Source of the DNA: Nitrosopumilus sp.
Lineage (GTDB): Archaea; Thermoproteota; Nitrososphaeria; Nitrososphaerales; Nitrosopumilaceae
Length of the DNA: 64,000 bases
Reading direction: 5' to 3'
Assembly: GCA_965205675.1 (NCBI GenBank)
Contig: OZ242186.1
Span: 1,888,001 to 1,952,000, forward strand
The notes beneath the pieces are model-generated. The model had not been told where the DNA came from and searched no databases. It saw nothing but the letters and a program-made list of their open reading frames with translations. The position numbers and the translations under genes were made by a program. Below, one piece after another: positions 48,879-59,345 of the stretch; within the stretch, counting starts at the first letter, position 1; each line of letters opens with the position of its first letter.

Positions 48879-49931
48879 TCAATCACTAGATTTTTTGAAT
48901 TCATCTAAAAGATTTTTTTGATGTTTATTGAGTTTTTTAGGAACGTTTACTACAATTCTAACAAATTGATCTCCTTTACCTCTAGAATTGATATGTGTAA
49001 CTCCTCTACCTTTTAGTTTGATTATTGTGTTTGGTTGACTGCCAGAATCAATTTTGATTTTTTCTGTACCCTCTAGTGTTGGAACAACAACTTCACAACC
49101 TAACGCGGCATCAATCATGGATACATTTTGATCATAAAAAATATCTTTTCCATCTCGATTAAAGTTAGAGTGAGATTGTACTCTGACTCGTACAATTAAA
49201 TCACCATTAACACCATCAGGGATTTCATTTCCTTCATCAGGAACAGTATAATCACCTGAATCAATTCCAGGAGGAATGTCAAATGTTACAGTTTTAGAAC
49301 CGTTTTTCTTTCCCTGACCTCTACATTCATTGCATGGAGTCGCAATAGTAGAACCTTGTCCTCTACAAGCAGGACAGGATGTAGCAGTTACAAATGATGC
49401 AAATCCCATGTTACGAGTTTGTCTGACTTGGCCTTGTCCATTACATGTTGCACATGTTTTTTTATTAGTTCCAGGTTTAGCACCAGAACCATTACAAATA
49501 TTACATTGAATTTGTTTTTGTAAATCAATTTTTACTTTTTTTCCATGTAAAACATCTTCTAATGTAACAGAAGTTTCATAAAGAATGTCAGAACCTCTTT
49601 GTTGTTGATTAAATCCACCCCCACCACGACCAAAGATTGATTCAAAAATAGAATCAAAACCTCCTCCTTGTGCACCTTGAAATATGTCATCAGTTGAATA
49701 TTTTCCATCAACACCAGCGTGTCCATGTTGATCATAGACTTGTTTTTTTTCAGGATCAGAAATTATTGCATATGCTTCGGAAATTTCTTTAAAATGCTCA
49801 CCAGCTTCTGCAGATTTATTACGGTCAGGATGAAACTTTAATGCTAATTTTCTGTATTGTTGTTTAATTTCATCAAATGATGATGATTTGCTGACACCTA
49901 ATACTTCATAATAGTCACGTTTTGCAGTCAT
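48879..49931 (-). CDS. dnaJ: Chaperone DnaJ
   Basis: DYYEVLG, HPD, four CxxCxGxG repeats. Confidence 0.96.
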   Translation of the reverse strand: MTAKRDYYEVLGVSKSSSFDEIKQQYRKLALKFHPDRNKSAEAGEHFKEISEAYAIISDPEKKQVYDQHGHAGVDGKYSTDDIFQGAQGGGFDSIFESIFGRGGGGFNQQQRGSDILYETSVTLEDVLHGKKVKIDLQKQIQCNICNGSGAKPGTNKKTCATCNGQGQVRQTRNMGFASFVTATSCPACRGQGSTIATPCNECRGQGKKNGSKTVTFDIPPGIDSGDYTVPDEGNEIPDGVNGDLIVRVRVQSHSNFNRDGKDIFYDQNVSMIDAALGCEVVVPTLEGTEKIKIDSGSQPNTIIKLKGRGVTHINSRGKGDQFVRIVVNVPKKLNKHQKNLLDEFKKSSD

Positions 49932-49979
49932 GAATCATACCTTTATTGTAATTACCGTATAAATGATTGAATTCTAAAT

Positions 49980-51872
49980 TTAATTGGTTTTTATTTCATC
50001 AGTAGATGATGATTCGTTTGCTTGCCCTTCAGCACCTGCTTGCCCTTCAGCACCTGCTTGCCCTTCAGCACCTGCTTGCCCTTCAGCACCTGCTTGCCCT
50101 TCAGCACCAGGTGGAGGTGTAGCATTCTTGTAAAGCTCTGTAGTAACTTCATTAACTAGAGTTTGTAATGCATCAAGTTTTGGTTTTAGTTCATCTGCTT
50201 CTTTATCTAAAACTTCTTTGACTTCTTTTACTGCATCAGTAATTTTGATTCCTTGTTCTTGAGAAATTTTATCTTTAAGATCATGATTGACTAATTTTTC
50301 AGTAGTGTAAATGTAGCTTTCTGCTTCATTCTTCAGATCAATTTTCTCTTTCTTCTTTTTATCTTCATCAGAGAATTTTTCTGCATCCTCTTTTAGTTTT
50401 TCAATTTCTTCTGGAGATAGTTTAGAGCTTGATTCAATTGTAATTTTTGCTTCTTTTTGTGTTCCAAGATCTTTTGCTGTAACATTGATTATTCCATTAG
50501 CATCAATGTCGAATTTTACTTCAATTTGAGGAACGCCTCTTGGAGCTGGTGGTAAATCTGTGAGATTGAAACTACCTAATGATACATTATCAGTTGCCAT
50601 TGGTCTTTCACCTTGAACAACATGAATGGTAACTGCTGTTTGATTATCAGCTGCAGTTGTGAAAACTTTACTTTTTGAGGTTGGAATGGTAGTATTTCTT
50701 TCAATTAATGGCTCTCTAACACCACCCAAGGTTTCAATCCCCAATGTTAATGGAGTTATATCAAGTAAAACAATATCACTACTAACATCTCCTGCAATAA
50801 TTCCTGCTTGGATTGCAGCACCCATTGCTACTGCCTCCATTGGATCTACACCTGATTCAGATTCTTGACCTATTAATTCATTGACAAATTTTTTGACCAA
50901 AGGAATTCTTGTTGGTCCACCAACCATGACAATTTTGCTAATATCAGAATTGGAAAGTTTTGCATCCTCTAGTGCTTTGAGTACTGAAGGTTTACATTTA
51001 TCTACAATAGGACCAATTAATTCATCTAGTTTGGCTCTTGTGATTCTTAATTCTAAATTTTTAGCACCTGATGATGCATCATGTGCAATAAATGGTAAAT
51101 TGACATCAGTTTCCATTACAGTAGATAATTCAATTTTTGCTTTCTCAGATGCTTCTCGAATTCGGGTCATTGCAGTAGAATCTTGTGAAAGATCAACGCC
51201 TTCTTTTTTCTTAAATTCATCTACTACATAATCAATTAGAATTTTATCCATATCAGTACCGCCCAGTTGAGTATCACCAGATGTACTAAGAACTTCAAAA
51301 ACACCTCCACCCATTTCCATTATTGTAACATCAAGTGTACCACCACCAAAATCAAAGACAAGTATTTTCATGTCTTCTTTTGATTTATCTAAACCGAATG
51401 CCAAGGATGCAGCAGTTGGTTCATTAATTATTCTAACAACATCTAATCCAGCAATGGTTCCAGCATCTTTAGTTGCTTGCCGTTGATTATCATCAAAATA
51501 TGCAGGAACAGTAATTACTGCTTTTTCAACTGTTTCACCAACAAATGCTTCAGCATCTTTTTTGATTTTTTGGAGAATGAATGCAGAAATTTGTTGAGGT
51601 TTGTATTCTTTATCTAGAATTTTAAAAGTATGGTCAGAACCCATTTTTCTTTTGGCTGCAACAATAGTATTATCAGGATTTGTTACGGCTTGTCTTCTGG
51701 CAGGCTCACCCACTAAAAGATCGCCTTCTTTAGAAAATGCTACAACTGATGGAAATGCCTTTCCGCCCACGGTAGCACCTTCAGCTGCTGGAATAATTGT
51801 GGGTTTTCCGCCCATAACAACTGCAGCAGCAGAGTTACTTGTTCCTAAATCAATCCCAATAATTTTAGTCAT
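49980..51872 (-). CDS. dnaK: Chaperone DnaK (Hsp70)
   Basis: GIDLGT.NS, TVPAYF, NEPTAA, DFGGGT.D, GIETLGG, DANGI. Confidence 0.97.
   Translation of the reverse strand: MTKIIGIDLGTSNSAAAVVMGGKPTIIPAAEGATVGGKAFPSVVAFSKEGDLLVGEPARRQAVTNPDNTIVAAKRKMGSDHTFKILDKEYKPQQISAFILQKIKKDAEAFVGETVEKAVITVPAYFDDNQRQATKDAGTIAGLDVVRIINEPTAASLAFGLDKSKEDMKILVFDFGGGTLDVTIMEMGGGVFEVLSTSGDTQLGGTDMDKILIDYVVDEFKKKEGVDLSQDSTAMTRIREASEKAKIELSTVMETDVNLPFIAHDASSGAKNLELRITRAKLDELIGPIVDKCKPSVLKALEDAKLSNSDISKIVMVGGPTRIPLVKKFVNELIGQESESGVDPMEAVAMGAAIQAGIIAGDVSSDIVLLDITPLTLGIETLGGVREPLIERNTTIPTSKSKVFTTAADNQTAVTIHVVQGERPMATDNVSLGSFNLTDLPPAPRGVPQIEVKFDIDANGIINVTAKDLGTQKEAKITIESSSKLSPEEIEKLKEDAEKFSDEDKKKKEKIDLKNEAESYIYTTEKLVNHDLKDKISQEQGIKITDAVKEVKEVLDKEADELKPKLDALQTLVNEVTTELYKNATPPPGAEGQAGAEGQAGAEGQAGAEGQAGAEGQANESSSTDEIKTN
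50019..50108. repeat. Perfect 18-bp tandem repeat x5 in the dnaK 3' end (GAEGQA)
   Basis: TGCTTGCCCTTCAGCACC repeated five times without mismatch. Confidence 0.95.
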
Positions 51873-52444
51873 ATTTTATCATCATCCTTTTTTGAAATTT
51901 CTACTAGTGTAGGTCTTATAATAGCTTTGTGAGAAATATATCCCTTCCTAATCTCTTTTGTGATTATATCATCATCTAAATAAGGATCGTTAATTATTGA
52001 AATAGCCTCATGGAAATTTGGATCAAATATTTCCCCTAACGCATCAATTGGTTCAATATGATATTTTTTTAACAAAGAATCCATATTTTTTAAAATAGAA
52101 TCTAGACCTTCAGAATTTATTTTACTTTCAGAAAAAACTTCTTTTGCTCTAACAAAGTCATCGTATATTTTTAGAAAATCTAATGCAAATTCATTGATTT
52201 TTGTATTTATACCATTTTCTATATCAAATTGAGTTTTTTTAGTAAGATTTTGAAAATCTGCCAATGCAAGTTTTAATTTTTCTTCATATTCTGATGACTT
52301 TTGTTTTTCTAAATCTAGTAATTTTGATATATCCTCATTATTAATTTCAGGAGATTTTGATTCATCTACAGAAAAATCGATTTCGGATTCATTTTCAGAT
52401 ACTATATCAACTGGAATCTCATCAGAATTAGTGTCGTTTGACAA
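51869..52444 (-). CDS. grpE: Nucleotide exchange factor GrpE
   Basis: [17 protein letters not shown].....IRP..V. Confidence 0.93.
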   Translation of the reverse strand: MSNDTNSDEIPVDIVSENESEIDFSVDESKSPEINNEDISKLLDLEKQKSSEYEEKLKLALADFQNLTKKTQFDIENGINTKINEFALDFLKIYDDFVRAKEVFSESKINSEGLDSILKNMDSLLKKYHIEPIDALGEIFDPNFHEAISIINDPYLDDDIITKEIRKGYISHKAIIRPTLVEISKKDDDKI

Positions 52445-52466
52445 TTCAATGAAAATAAAAGTTTAG

Positions 52467-53618
52467 CTAATTTATACTATTATTGATTGTTTCACATAAA
52501 GGATTAGCTTTTATGATTATTAGATCAGAATCCCGTTTGGTTTTTTCAATATTATCAAAATCAGATTGAGAGCATGCAACAACAATTGTAGTTTTATCAC
52601 TATGGAACAAATCAAAATTTGGATCTTCGTAAGCTTCAACATCACCTATGTAATCTCGTAGTTTTGATGTTAGATTTTGTAACATTTCAATTTTATCTCC
52701 ACGCATTGAATGTTGATCAAGTGTCCAAGATAATGCAATTTTAGTTCTGCTTGCCTTGAGATCATTTTTCTTTAATGTCAAACGAATTTCATCAATCAAT
52801 CGTTTGATGTATCCATCAATTCCTTTTACACTACCATTAATTAGATACATCAGAGTATTAGCACCTTCAAAAGATGAACCAAGTGATTTTAAATCAAATA
52901 AGCCACTAACCATATTATCTAAAAATATCTCTTGAAATTCATCGGAAGAGAGATCATTTTTGGTTGTTTCATCCTGAGCATATTTACAGACTTCCAAGAT
53001 ACTACATAAACTGGAAAATCTAGATAAAACATCAATAGCATGAAAATGTTCTGATGATGAAATTGCTACAAATTTTTTTTCTTTTTTTCCCATCGTAAGG
53101 AGTTCAGATAATTTAGGATCTTCTTTTGCATTAAAAGATCCTATAATTTTTGGCTGTTCATCAATATTCTGTAGAGGATAATAAAAATACGAGATATGTT
53201 TTCCAGTCTGGAAACCAGTTACATGTTCAAGTAGTGAAATATTTTCATTATTACCACCAAATCCTGTAGGAAGTGTAAAAATAACTGAACTGTTTTTCTT
53301 CAGTGAAGTTACTGCATCTTTAAATTTTGAGTGAATTTCTGTTTTGATATCTTGACCAGTTTTCCTTATTCTGGGAGTAAAGAAAAGATATTGTGCTTTA
53401 GAGATTGCTACATCAATTGGTTCCATAGCTAGTAGCGGTTCATCTTCTTTTAAAGAAGAAACATTTGGATAAGTTTTGGCTATTTCTACTTTAAGTGAAA
53501 TTGCTGAAGGAGTTGATTCATCTATAATGTAAACATCTGCACCTTTTATTGCCATTTGAGATGCAATTGCATATCCTTCAGTACTAAGACCATATACGAC
53601 AACTTTTGCTCCCCCCAT
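52467..53618 (-). CDS. Divergent NDP-sugar dehydrogenase-like protein
   Basis: N-terminal Rossmann-like VVVYGLSTEG and overall layout like UDP-Glc/GDP-Man dehydrogenases, but the canonical PER and GGxC motifs are absent. Confidence 0.55.
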   Translation of the reverse strand: MGGAKVVVYGLSTEGYAIASQMAIKGADVYIIDESTPSAISLKVEIAKTYPNVSSLKEDEPLLAMEPIDVAISKAQYLFFTPRIRKTGQDIKTEIHSKFKDAVTSLKKNSSVIFTLPTGFGGNNENISLLEHVTGFQTGKHISYFYYPLQNIDEQPKIIGSFNAKEDPKLSELLTMGKKEKKFVAISSSEHFHAIDVLSRFSSLCSILEVCKYAQDETTKNDLSSDEFQEIFLDNMVSGLFDLKSLGSSFEGANTLMYLINGSVKGIDGYIKRLIDEIRLTLKKNDLKASRTKIALSWTLDQHSMRGDKIEMLQNLTSKLRDYIGDVEAYEDPNFDLFHSDKTTIVVACSQSDFDNIEKTKRDSDLIIIKANPLCETINNSIN

Positions 53619-53679
53619 AGCCTTCTCACATATTAGACTAAGAAAAACTTATTGAAGCCATTAGAATTATGGAAAATAC

Positions 53680-54711
53680 TTGAAAATTTGGATAGATATT
53701 CTCACTCCTAAACAATTATTGTTTTTTGGACCAATGGTGAAAGATTTAGAGAAAAAACACAAGATTTTGTGCACTACTAGAAAATATAGAGAAGTAGATC
53801 ATTTAGTAAAAATTCGAAAACTAAGAATGCCAGTTATTGGAAAACATGGAGGAGGCAAAAACTCTGAAAAATTAAAAGCAAATCTGAATAGAATGAGAGA
53901 TTTGATGCCAATTATTGAGAAATTTAAACCAGATGTAACCATTAGTTTTTGTTCACCGGATGCTGCAAGGATTTCATATGGACTGCAAATCAAACATGTT
54001 GCTTTTTGTGATGCACCACATGCAGAAGCTGTCATGAAATTGACTATACCTTTAATTCAGAAACTACTAATTCCGTGGATTATTCCAAAAAAAGAATTCA
54101 CTAAATACGGAATCTTATCCAAAAACATTATCACATACAAAGCAATAGATGCAGCTTTAATCATATCTCAAAAACCTAAAAAAAATACAATTCCTAAAAT
54201 AAATAAAAAGGGCAAGAATATTCTATTTAGAACTTATGAATCAAATGCATCATATACTAAAACAAAAATAGATTTAATAAAAATAATTAAAAAATTAATA
54301 GATATTGAAAATGTAAACATTATAGTTTTAGGAAGATATTCTGATGAAATTAATCAATTAGGAAAGAATTTGAGCAGTAAAGTTTTGGTATTAAAAAAAT
54401 CAGTAGATAGTGGAGAAATTTTAGGAATAACTGATGTTTTTGTAGGTTCGGGAGGTACAATGACTGCCGAATCAGCTCTTAGAGGAATTCCAACATTATC
54501 ATATAACGCAATTCCAAATATTATAGAAGAATATTTGGTAAAGAAAAAACTAATAATAAGAATTGATAAAATCAATCAATTAGATAAAATGGTTGTAAAA
54601 ATTTTAAACAAAAAATCAAATACAATAAAAGATCGTGCAAAAAAAGAATTCAAAAATATGGAGAATCCAACAAAAAAACTTGAATCAGTTTTAGATACGC
54701 TTAATGAATAA
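53680..54711 (+). CDS. DUF354-family protein (GT-B-like)
   Basis: KIWIDI..PK, T.R, IGKHG, S.DAAR, GGTM..E.AL.G.PT. Confidence 0.85.
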   Translation: MKIWIDILTPKQLLFFGPMVKDLEKKHKILCTTRKYREVDHLVKIRKLRMPVIGKHGGGKNSEKLKANLNRMRDLMPIIEKFKPDVTISFCSPDAARISYGLQIKHVAFCDAPHAEAVMKLTIPLIQKLLIPWIIPKKEFTKYGILSKNIITYKAIDAALIISQKPKKNTIPKINKKGKNILFRTYESNASYTKTKIDLIKIIKKLIDIENVNIIVLGRYSDEINQLGKNLSSKVLVLKKSVDSGEILGITDVFVGSGGTMTAESALRGIPTLSYNAIPNIIEEYLVKKKLIIRIDKINQLDKMVVKILNKKSNTIKDRAKKEFKNMENPTKKLESVLDTLNE

Positions 54712-54745
54712 CATTTTAAGGGAAATTAAATCAGAAAATTTGAGC

Positions 54746-54818
54746 AGCCCGGTAGTGTAGCGGTCAAGCATAGAGGCCTTTGAAGCCTTTGACCCCAGTT
54801 CGAGTCTGGGCCGGGCTA
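54746..54818 (+). tRNA. tRNA-Gln (TTG)
   Basis: AGCCCGG/CCGGGCT-A acceptor stem; GAGGC-CTTTGAA-GCCTT anticodon arm; CCCAG-TTCGAGT-CTGGG T-arm; oligo-T immediately downstream. Confidence 0.95.
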
Positions 54819-54891
54819 CTTTTTTGGAAAATAAAAATTTTGAGAGATTATATTTAATCATAAAATATCTGATGTAAGTGCTTTGATTTGA

Positions 54892-56002
54892 ATGACATTC
54901 TAGTATTAAAAATTACTGACGGTCATAATGCAAGTACGTGTCTTTTACGTAATGGGAAAATAGAATATGCAATTTCTGAAGAGAGGATTTCTAGAATTTT
55001 AAAAAAATGAAACATGATATTGAAAACAAGCAATTGAAAAAATTCTCAAATTATCAAATACGAACACAGAATATATTCATACTGTATTTTTAGCTGGTAA
55101 ATTCAATCATGAGAAAAATTTCTATTCTAATTGGAATTGGTATAAGGTAGAATTTGAAAACCAATTAGAATATAGTAAAAAAGAAAATATAACAAATTTT
55201 GAAAATCAACCAGGTAATAGAAAAAAGCTGTTACTAATAATTTAGGAATAAATGAGATTACTATTGTTGAACATTATCTATCACATACTGTATCTGTATA
55301 TTTAGCACCTCCATGAATAAATGATGAAGAAGTACTAGTACTTACTTGTGATGCCTTGTTTTTTGTTTTTGCGATTCTTGAAATTTTTCCATTTTGACTA
55401 ATATTGACTGTATTAGATATCCTATCACCTGAACCATGCATCTTTCAGAATTAGATATTATTGATGATATTTTCATTTTCCCAAGTGGGGGAGACGAATC
55501 ACTTGTAATAGGATCTGCAATGTATGCTTATTCCGAAATTCTTGGAAAACTGGTGAGAAAATTCATCTAGAGCCATTAGATTCAATTTATCTTGGTATGG
55601 AATTTACAAATTCAGAAATTGAAAATGAAATAGAAAAAAAGAACTAAGGGATGGATTTTCAGTTGAGTGTCATGAAGATATAAAAAACAAATAGTAGGGT
55701 TATTAGCACAAGGAGAAATTGTTGCCAGATTTAAGAATGGAATCGGATGAGGAGGACCTGCAATTCATTCGTATGACTTTACTGCTAGATCACATCTTCT
55801 TGAGAAAGAATACAATCCATCATACTATGATTTGACTAGTAATTTTGAAAAACATGCTGGAATTCCAACCTTGCTTAATACATCATTTAATTTACAAGAA
55901 TATCTAATTGAGTGTATACTCCAACAGATACGATTAATATTTTAAAAAAAATCAGGATTAAAACATTTTGCAATTGGAAATTATTTAATAAGTAAAAATT
56001 AG
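54892..56002 (+). pseudogene. Carbamoyltransferase (NodU/CmcH/TobZ family) pseudogene
   Basis: ITDGHNASTCLLRNGKIEYAISEERISR / IVEHYLSH / VLTCD / IFPSGGDES / SIYLG / GEIVARF / GIPTLLNTSFN; many stops, frameshifts and deletions. Confidence 0.88.
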
Positions 56003-56056
56003 AAATTACTAAAATCTAATGATAACTTAATATTAATTTCGACATCATCTAAAATA

Positions 56057-57439
56057 TTGGTTAAAGACAAAGGAATTTTAGATTTAGAGATTGATGAATT
56101 TGCCAAAAACATTCAAAATAGCAATATCAAAATTTCTGTTATAGGATTAGGAAGGATTGGTTTACCCACAGCTGTTGCCATAGCAAGATCAGACTTACCT
56201 ACCAAAGGTGTTGATATCAATGAAGAAATTGTTGAATTTATAAATTTAGGAAAATTAAGAATGAATGATGAACCAGGATTAGAAGAAGCATTACAAAAAG
56301 TAATAAGAGCTAAAAAATTTTCTGCTACAACAAAAATTGATGAAGCTGTAAATGATGCAGACATCATTATTGTATGTCTACCAACGCCTCTTGACAATAA
56401 TTCTAAAAAAACAGATTATCAATTCTTGTTAAAAGGTTGTTTTCAAATTGCAAAAAATTTGAAAAAAAATTCACTGATAATAATAGAAAGTACTGTAGGT
56501 CCAGAAATAGTTGAAAATGAAGTCATTCCAGTTCTAGAAAAAGAAAGTAATCTTGTATCAGGAAAAGATTTTGGTGTTGCTAGTTGTCCTGAACGTGCAA
56601 ATCCATCTACTATATTAACAGATTTCAATAAAATCCCTAGAGTTGTCGGAGGAATAAATGAAAAATGTACAAACTTTGCTTCACATCTCTATCAATTTGT
56701 TTTTAAAATCGATGTTGTACGTGTAAAAAATTGTAAAACTGCAAATGCCGTTAAGGTAGTTGAAAATGTCTTCAGAGATGTAAATGTCGCATTTATCAAC
56801 GAAATAGCAATTTTTTGTGATAGAATGGGAATAGATGTAAATGAATTGATTAGAGGTTGTCAAACAAAATATAATTTCATACCCCATTTTCCCGGTCCAG
56901 GAGTTGGAGGACCATGTCTTCCAGTAAATCCCTATCAATTATTAGATGCACCCGAATCAGAAAATATTCTTCAAGTAGTCAGAACTGCAAGAAAAATAAA
57001 CCTAGAAATGCCAAAATATGTAATAAAATTAGTTGAAGACACATTAAAAGAAGTTAACAAAAAATCTAAAAATACTACAATTGGAATTTTAGGTATTTCA
57101 TATAAGCCAAATGTGGGAGATATTCAATTAACGCCAATAAAAGATGTTGTAGAAAAATTAAAACAAATGAATTTTAAAATAAAAATATTTGATCCATATT
57201 TTATAAAAAAGGAATTTTTATCAATAAAAATTGAAGAAAATATTGAGAATCTTATTAGTGATTGTGATGTGATAGTTTTAGGTACAGATCATGATGAATT
57301 TTTGAAAATAGATTTCAGTATATTAAAAAATCAAATGAAGCCATCTGGAATAATAATTGATACCAGAGGAAAACTATCATCAACTGAAGTTAGAAATGCA
57401 GGGTTAACTTTCAGAGGAATAGGCACATCAGTAAAATGA
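56057..57439 (+). CDS. Nucleotide-sugar dehydrogenase (UDP-GlcNAc/ManNAc dehydrogenase, WecC/WbpA-like)
   Basis: GLGRIGLP, CLPTP, EST, CPER, K..EN.FRDVN.AF.NE, PGPGVGGPCLP, YK.N..D. Confidence 0.92.
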   Translation: MVKDKGILDLEIDEFAKNIQNSNIKISVIGLGRIGLPTAVAIARSDLPTKGVDINEEIVEFINLGKLRMNDEPGLEEALQKVIRAKKFSATTKIDEAVNDADIIIVCLPTPLDNNSKKTDYQFLLKGCFQIAKNLKKNSLIIIESTVGPEIVENEVIPVLEKESNLVSGKDFGVASCPERANPSTILTDFNKIPRVVGGINEKCTNFASHLYQFVFKIDVVRVKNCKTANAVKVVENVFRDVNVAFINEIAIFCDRMGIDVNELIRGCQTKYNFIPHFPGPGVGGPCLPVNPYQLLDAPESENILQVVRTARKINLEMPKYVIKLVEDTLKEVNKKSKNTTIGILGISYKPNVGDIQLTPIKDVVEKLKQMNFKIKIFDPYFIKKEFLSIKIEENIENLISDCDVIVLGTDHDEFLKIDFSILKNQMKPSGIIIDTRGKLSSTEVRNAGLTFRGIGTSVK

Positions 57440-57440
57440 A

Positions 57441-58202
57441 TTAAAAATCTAATTTTGTAAGCAATCTTGAAGCAATTACAAATAATGTTGATGCAATAGC
57501 AACAAGAATTATTATTTCAAGAATTACAAATTTAGTTACAGTTCCAAAAATTCCTGCTCTAATCACATCTACAAGATACGTCAATGGATTTAGATAAAAT
57601 GCAGTTCGTAAGGGTTCAGGGGCACCATCAGCTGGATAAAATGCAGTACTAACAAAAGCAAAGAAAAGAAAAACAGTGTTAATAATTACGTTAAACCCTT
57701 CACTTGAGCGCAATCTAGTAGAGATAATTGATGCTAATGATCCAAAAAGAACAGAACCAGTAATAGCACCAAAAATGATTATGGGAATAGTCACGAATGA
57801 AAATTCTACAGATTCAAAAAATACAGGATAACCAACTACTGCTATTAACGAAGCACTAACTAGTCCAATTATTCCTATAGTGCAAATGTTACTAAGAATA
57901 TAATGGCTTCTAGTAAATGGGCCAGACATAATTTGTTCAAACATTCCATGTTTTCTATCATTCCAAATAATGATGCCAGAAATTAGAGTGCTATTCATGA
58001 TGTTAAATCCAATCATTCCAGATGCTAAAAATGCAGGATAATCAAGATCTTTAGTTCCAAATGGAACGTCATTGATTAATGGTGCATATGCAAAACCTGC
58101 TACAAAAATATAGATTAAAGGAAATATCACTTGCCAAATTAAAAATCCAGGATTGAGAGAAATTGTAAGATTTCTATTTACTAATCTAATTATTGGATGC
58201 AT
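57441..58202 (-). CDS. ABC-2 type transporter permease
   Basis: Multi-TM; D...G.......P, S.AFYP, NPLTY.VD..R. Confidence 0.88.
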   Translation of the reverse strand: MHPIIRLVNRNLTISLNPGFLIWQVIFPLIYIFVAGFAYAPLINDVPFGTKDLDYPAFLASGMIGFNIMNSTLISGIIIWNDRKHGMFEQIMSGPFTRSHYILSNICTIGIIGLVSASLIAVVGYPVFFESVEFSFVTIPIIIFGAITGSVLFGSLASIISTRLRSSEGFNVIINTVFLFFAFVSTAFYPADGAPEPLRTAFYLNPLTYLVDVIRAGIFGTVTKFVILEIIILVAIASTLFVIASRLLTKLDF

Positions 58203-59124
58203 TTTCTCTCACCATGTTTAAGAATATTTCTTCAAGATTAGTTGGTACAGCTGATAGATCTTCTATGTCAATTTTATTATCATTAAGTATTTTTAACACT
58301 TTTAGTAATACCAGTTCAGATTGTTCTGAATGAATTATTATATTAGTTCCAGTCTCAAAATTAATTTTACAATCTGATATACCAAATAAAATAGAATTAA
58401 TTTCAGGTTGTTTTTCTAATAAATGAATTTTTATTGTTTTTTCTTTTCCAAATCTATTTTTTAATGCATCAGGGGAATCAACAGTAACAATTTTACCTTT
58501 ATCAATAATAGCTATTTGATCACATAGATATTCTGCTTCAGAGAGAATATGTGTTGTATAAAAAATTGTTAAGCCAGTTTTTACTTTATTTTTTAAATAA
58601 TCTAATAGTTTTCTTCTAGCACTGGGATCTAATCCTACTGTAGGTTCATCTAAAAATAATAATTCCATATCATGCATAAATTCTCGTGCAACTTGGACTC
58701 TTCTTCTTTGACCAATAGATAGATCCTCATTTCTTTTTTTACGAATTTCAACTAGATCAAAATCTTTCAAGAGTTGTTCCATTCTTTTTTTGCGTTCAGT
58801 TTTAGATACATTCCACATCATTCCATATTTTTCAAGAGACTTTTCTACTGATAGCGTTGGTTCGTAACTTGGTTGCTGTAAAACAACCCCAATTTTATGT
58901 CGAATTTTAAATGGATTTGCAACAGCGTCTACGCCCAAAATAGATAATGAACCACTAGATGGAGGGATGAGTGTAGTTAGAAGTTTGATAGTAGTTGATT
59001 TGCCTGCACCATTAGGACCTAAAAATCCAAAAACTTGACCTGATTTCACTGATAAGGTAAGATCATCTACTGCATGAACTGAGCCATATGATTTGGATAG
59101 GTGATTAACATCAATACAAGACAC
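58186..59124 (-). CDS. ABC transporter ATP-binding protein (DrrA-like)
   Basis: GPNGAGKST, LSIGQ, LDEPT.GLDP, TTH. Confidence 0.93.
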   Translation of the reverse strand: MSCIDVNHLSKSYGSVHAVDDLTLSVKSGQVFGFLGPNGAGKSTTIKLLTTLIPPSSGSLSILGVDAVANPFKIRHKIGVVLQQPSYEPTLSVEKSLEKYGMMWNVSKTERKKRMEQLLKDFDLVEIRKKRNEDLSIGQRRRVQVAREFMHDMELLFLDEPTVGLDPSARRKLLDYLKNKVKTGLTIFYTTHILSEAEYLCDQIAIIDKGKIVTVDSPDALKNRFGKEKTIKIHLLEKQPEINSILFGISDCKINFETGTNIIIHSEQSELVLLKVLKILNDNKIDIEDLSAVPTNLEEIFLNMVRENASNN

Positions 59125-59345
59125 ATCAAAACTGCGATCTTCCTATTAATTTAGTTAGTGAGATAAATCAAGATATTTTTTAGAATATTTGAATTAATTA
59201 AGACAAATCAAGTAGAGATTTAAAAAATCAACAATTTAGAATTTAAAAAGAGAGATTAATGAAGATTAGGCGATCATATAATTAAAAAAAGAAATTCATA
59301 AGATAATGAAATTTTTATTAATAGATTAGTTTTAGCAGAAATGTA

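Noticed and set aside
59125-59345. Very AT-rich intergenic region as a replication origin
   Set aside because: No ORB repeats and no adjacent cdc6/orc1; consistent with divergent promoters
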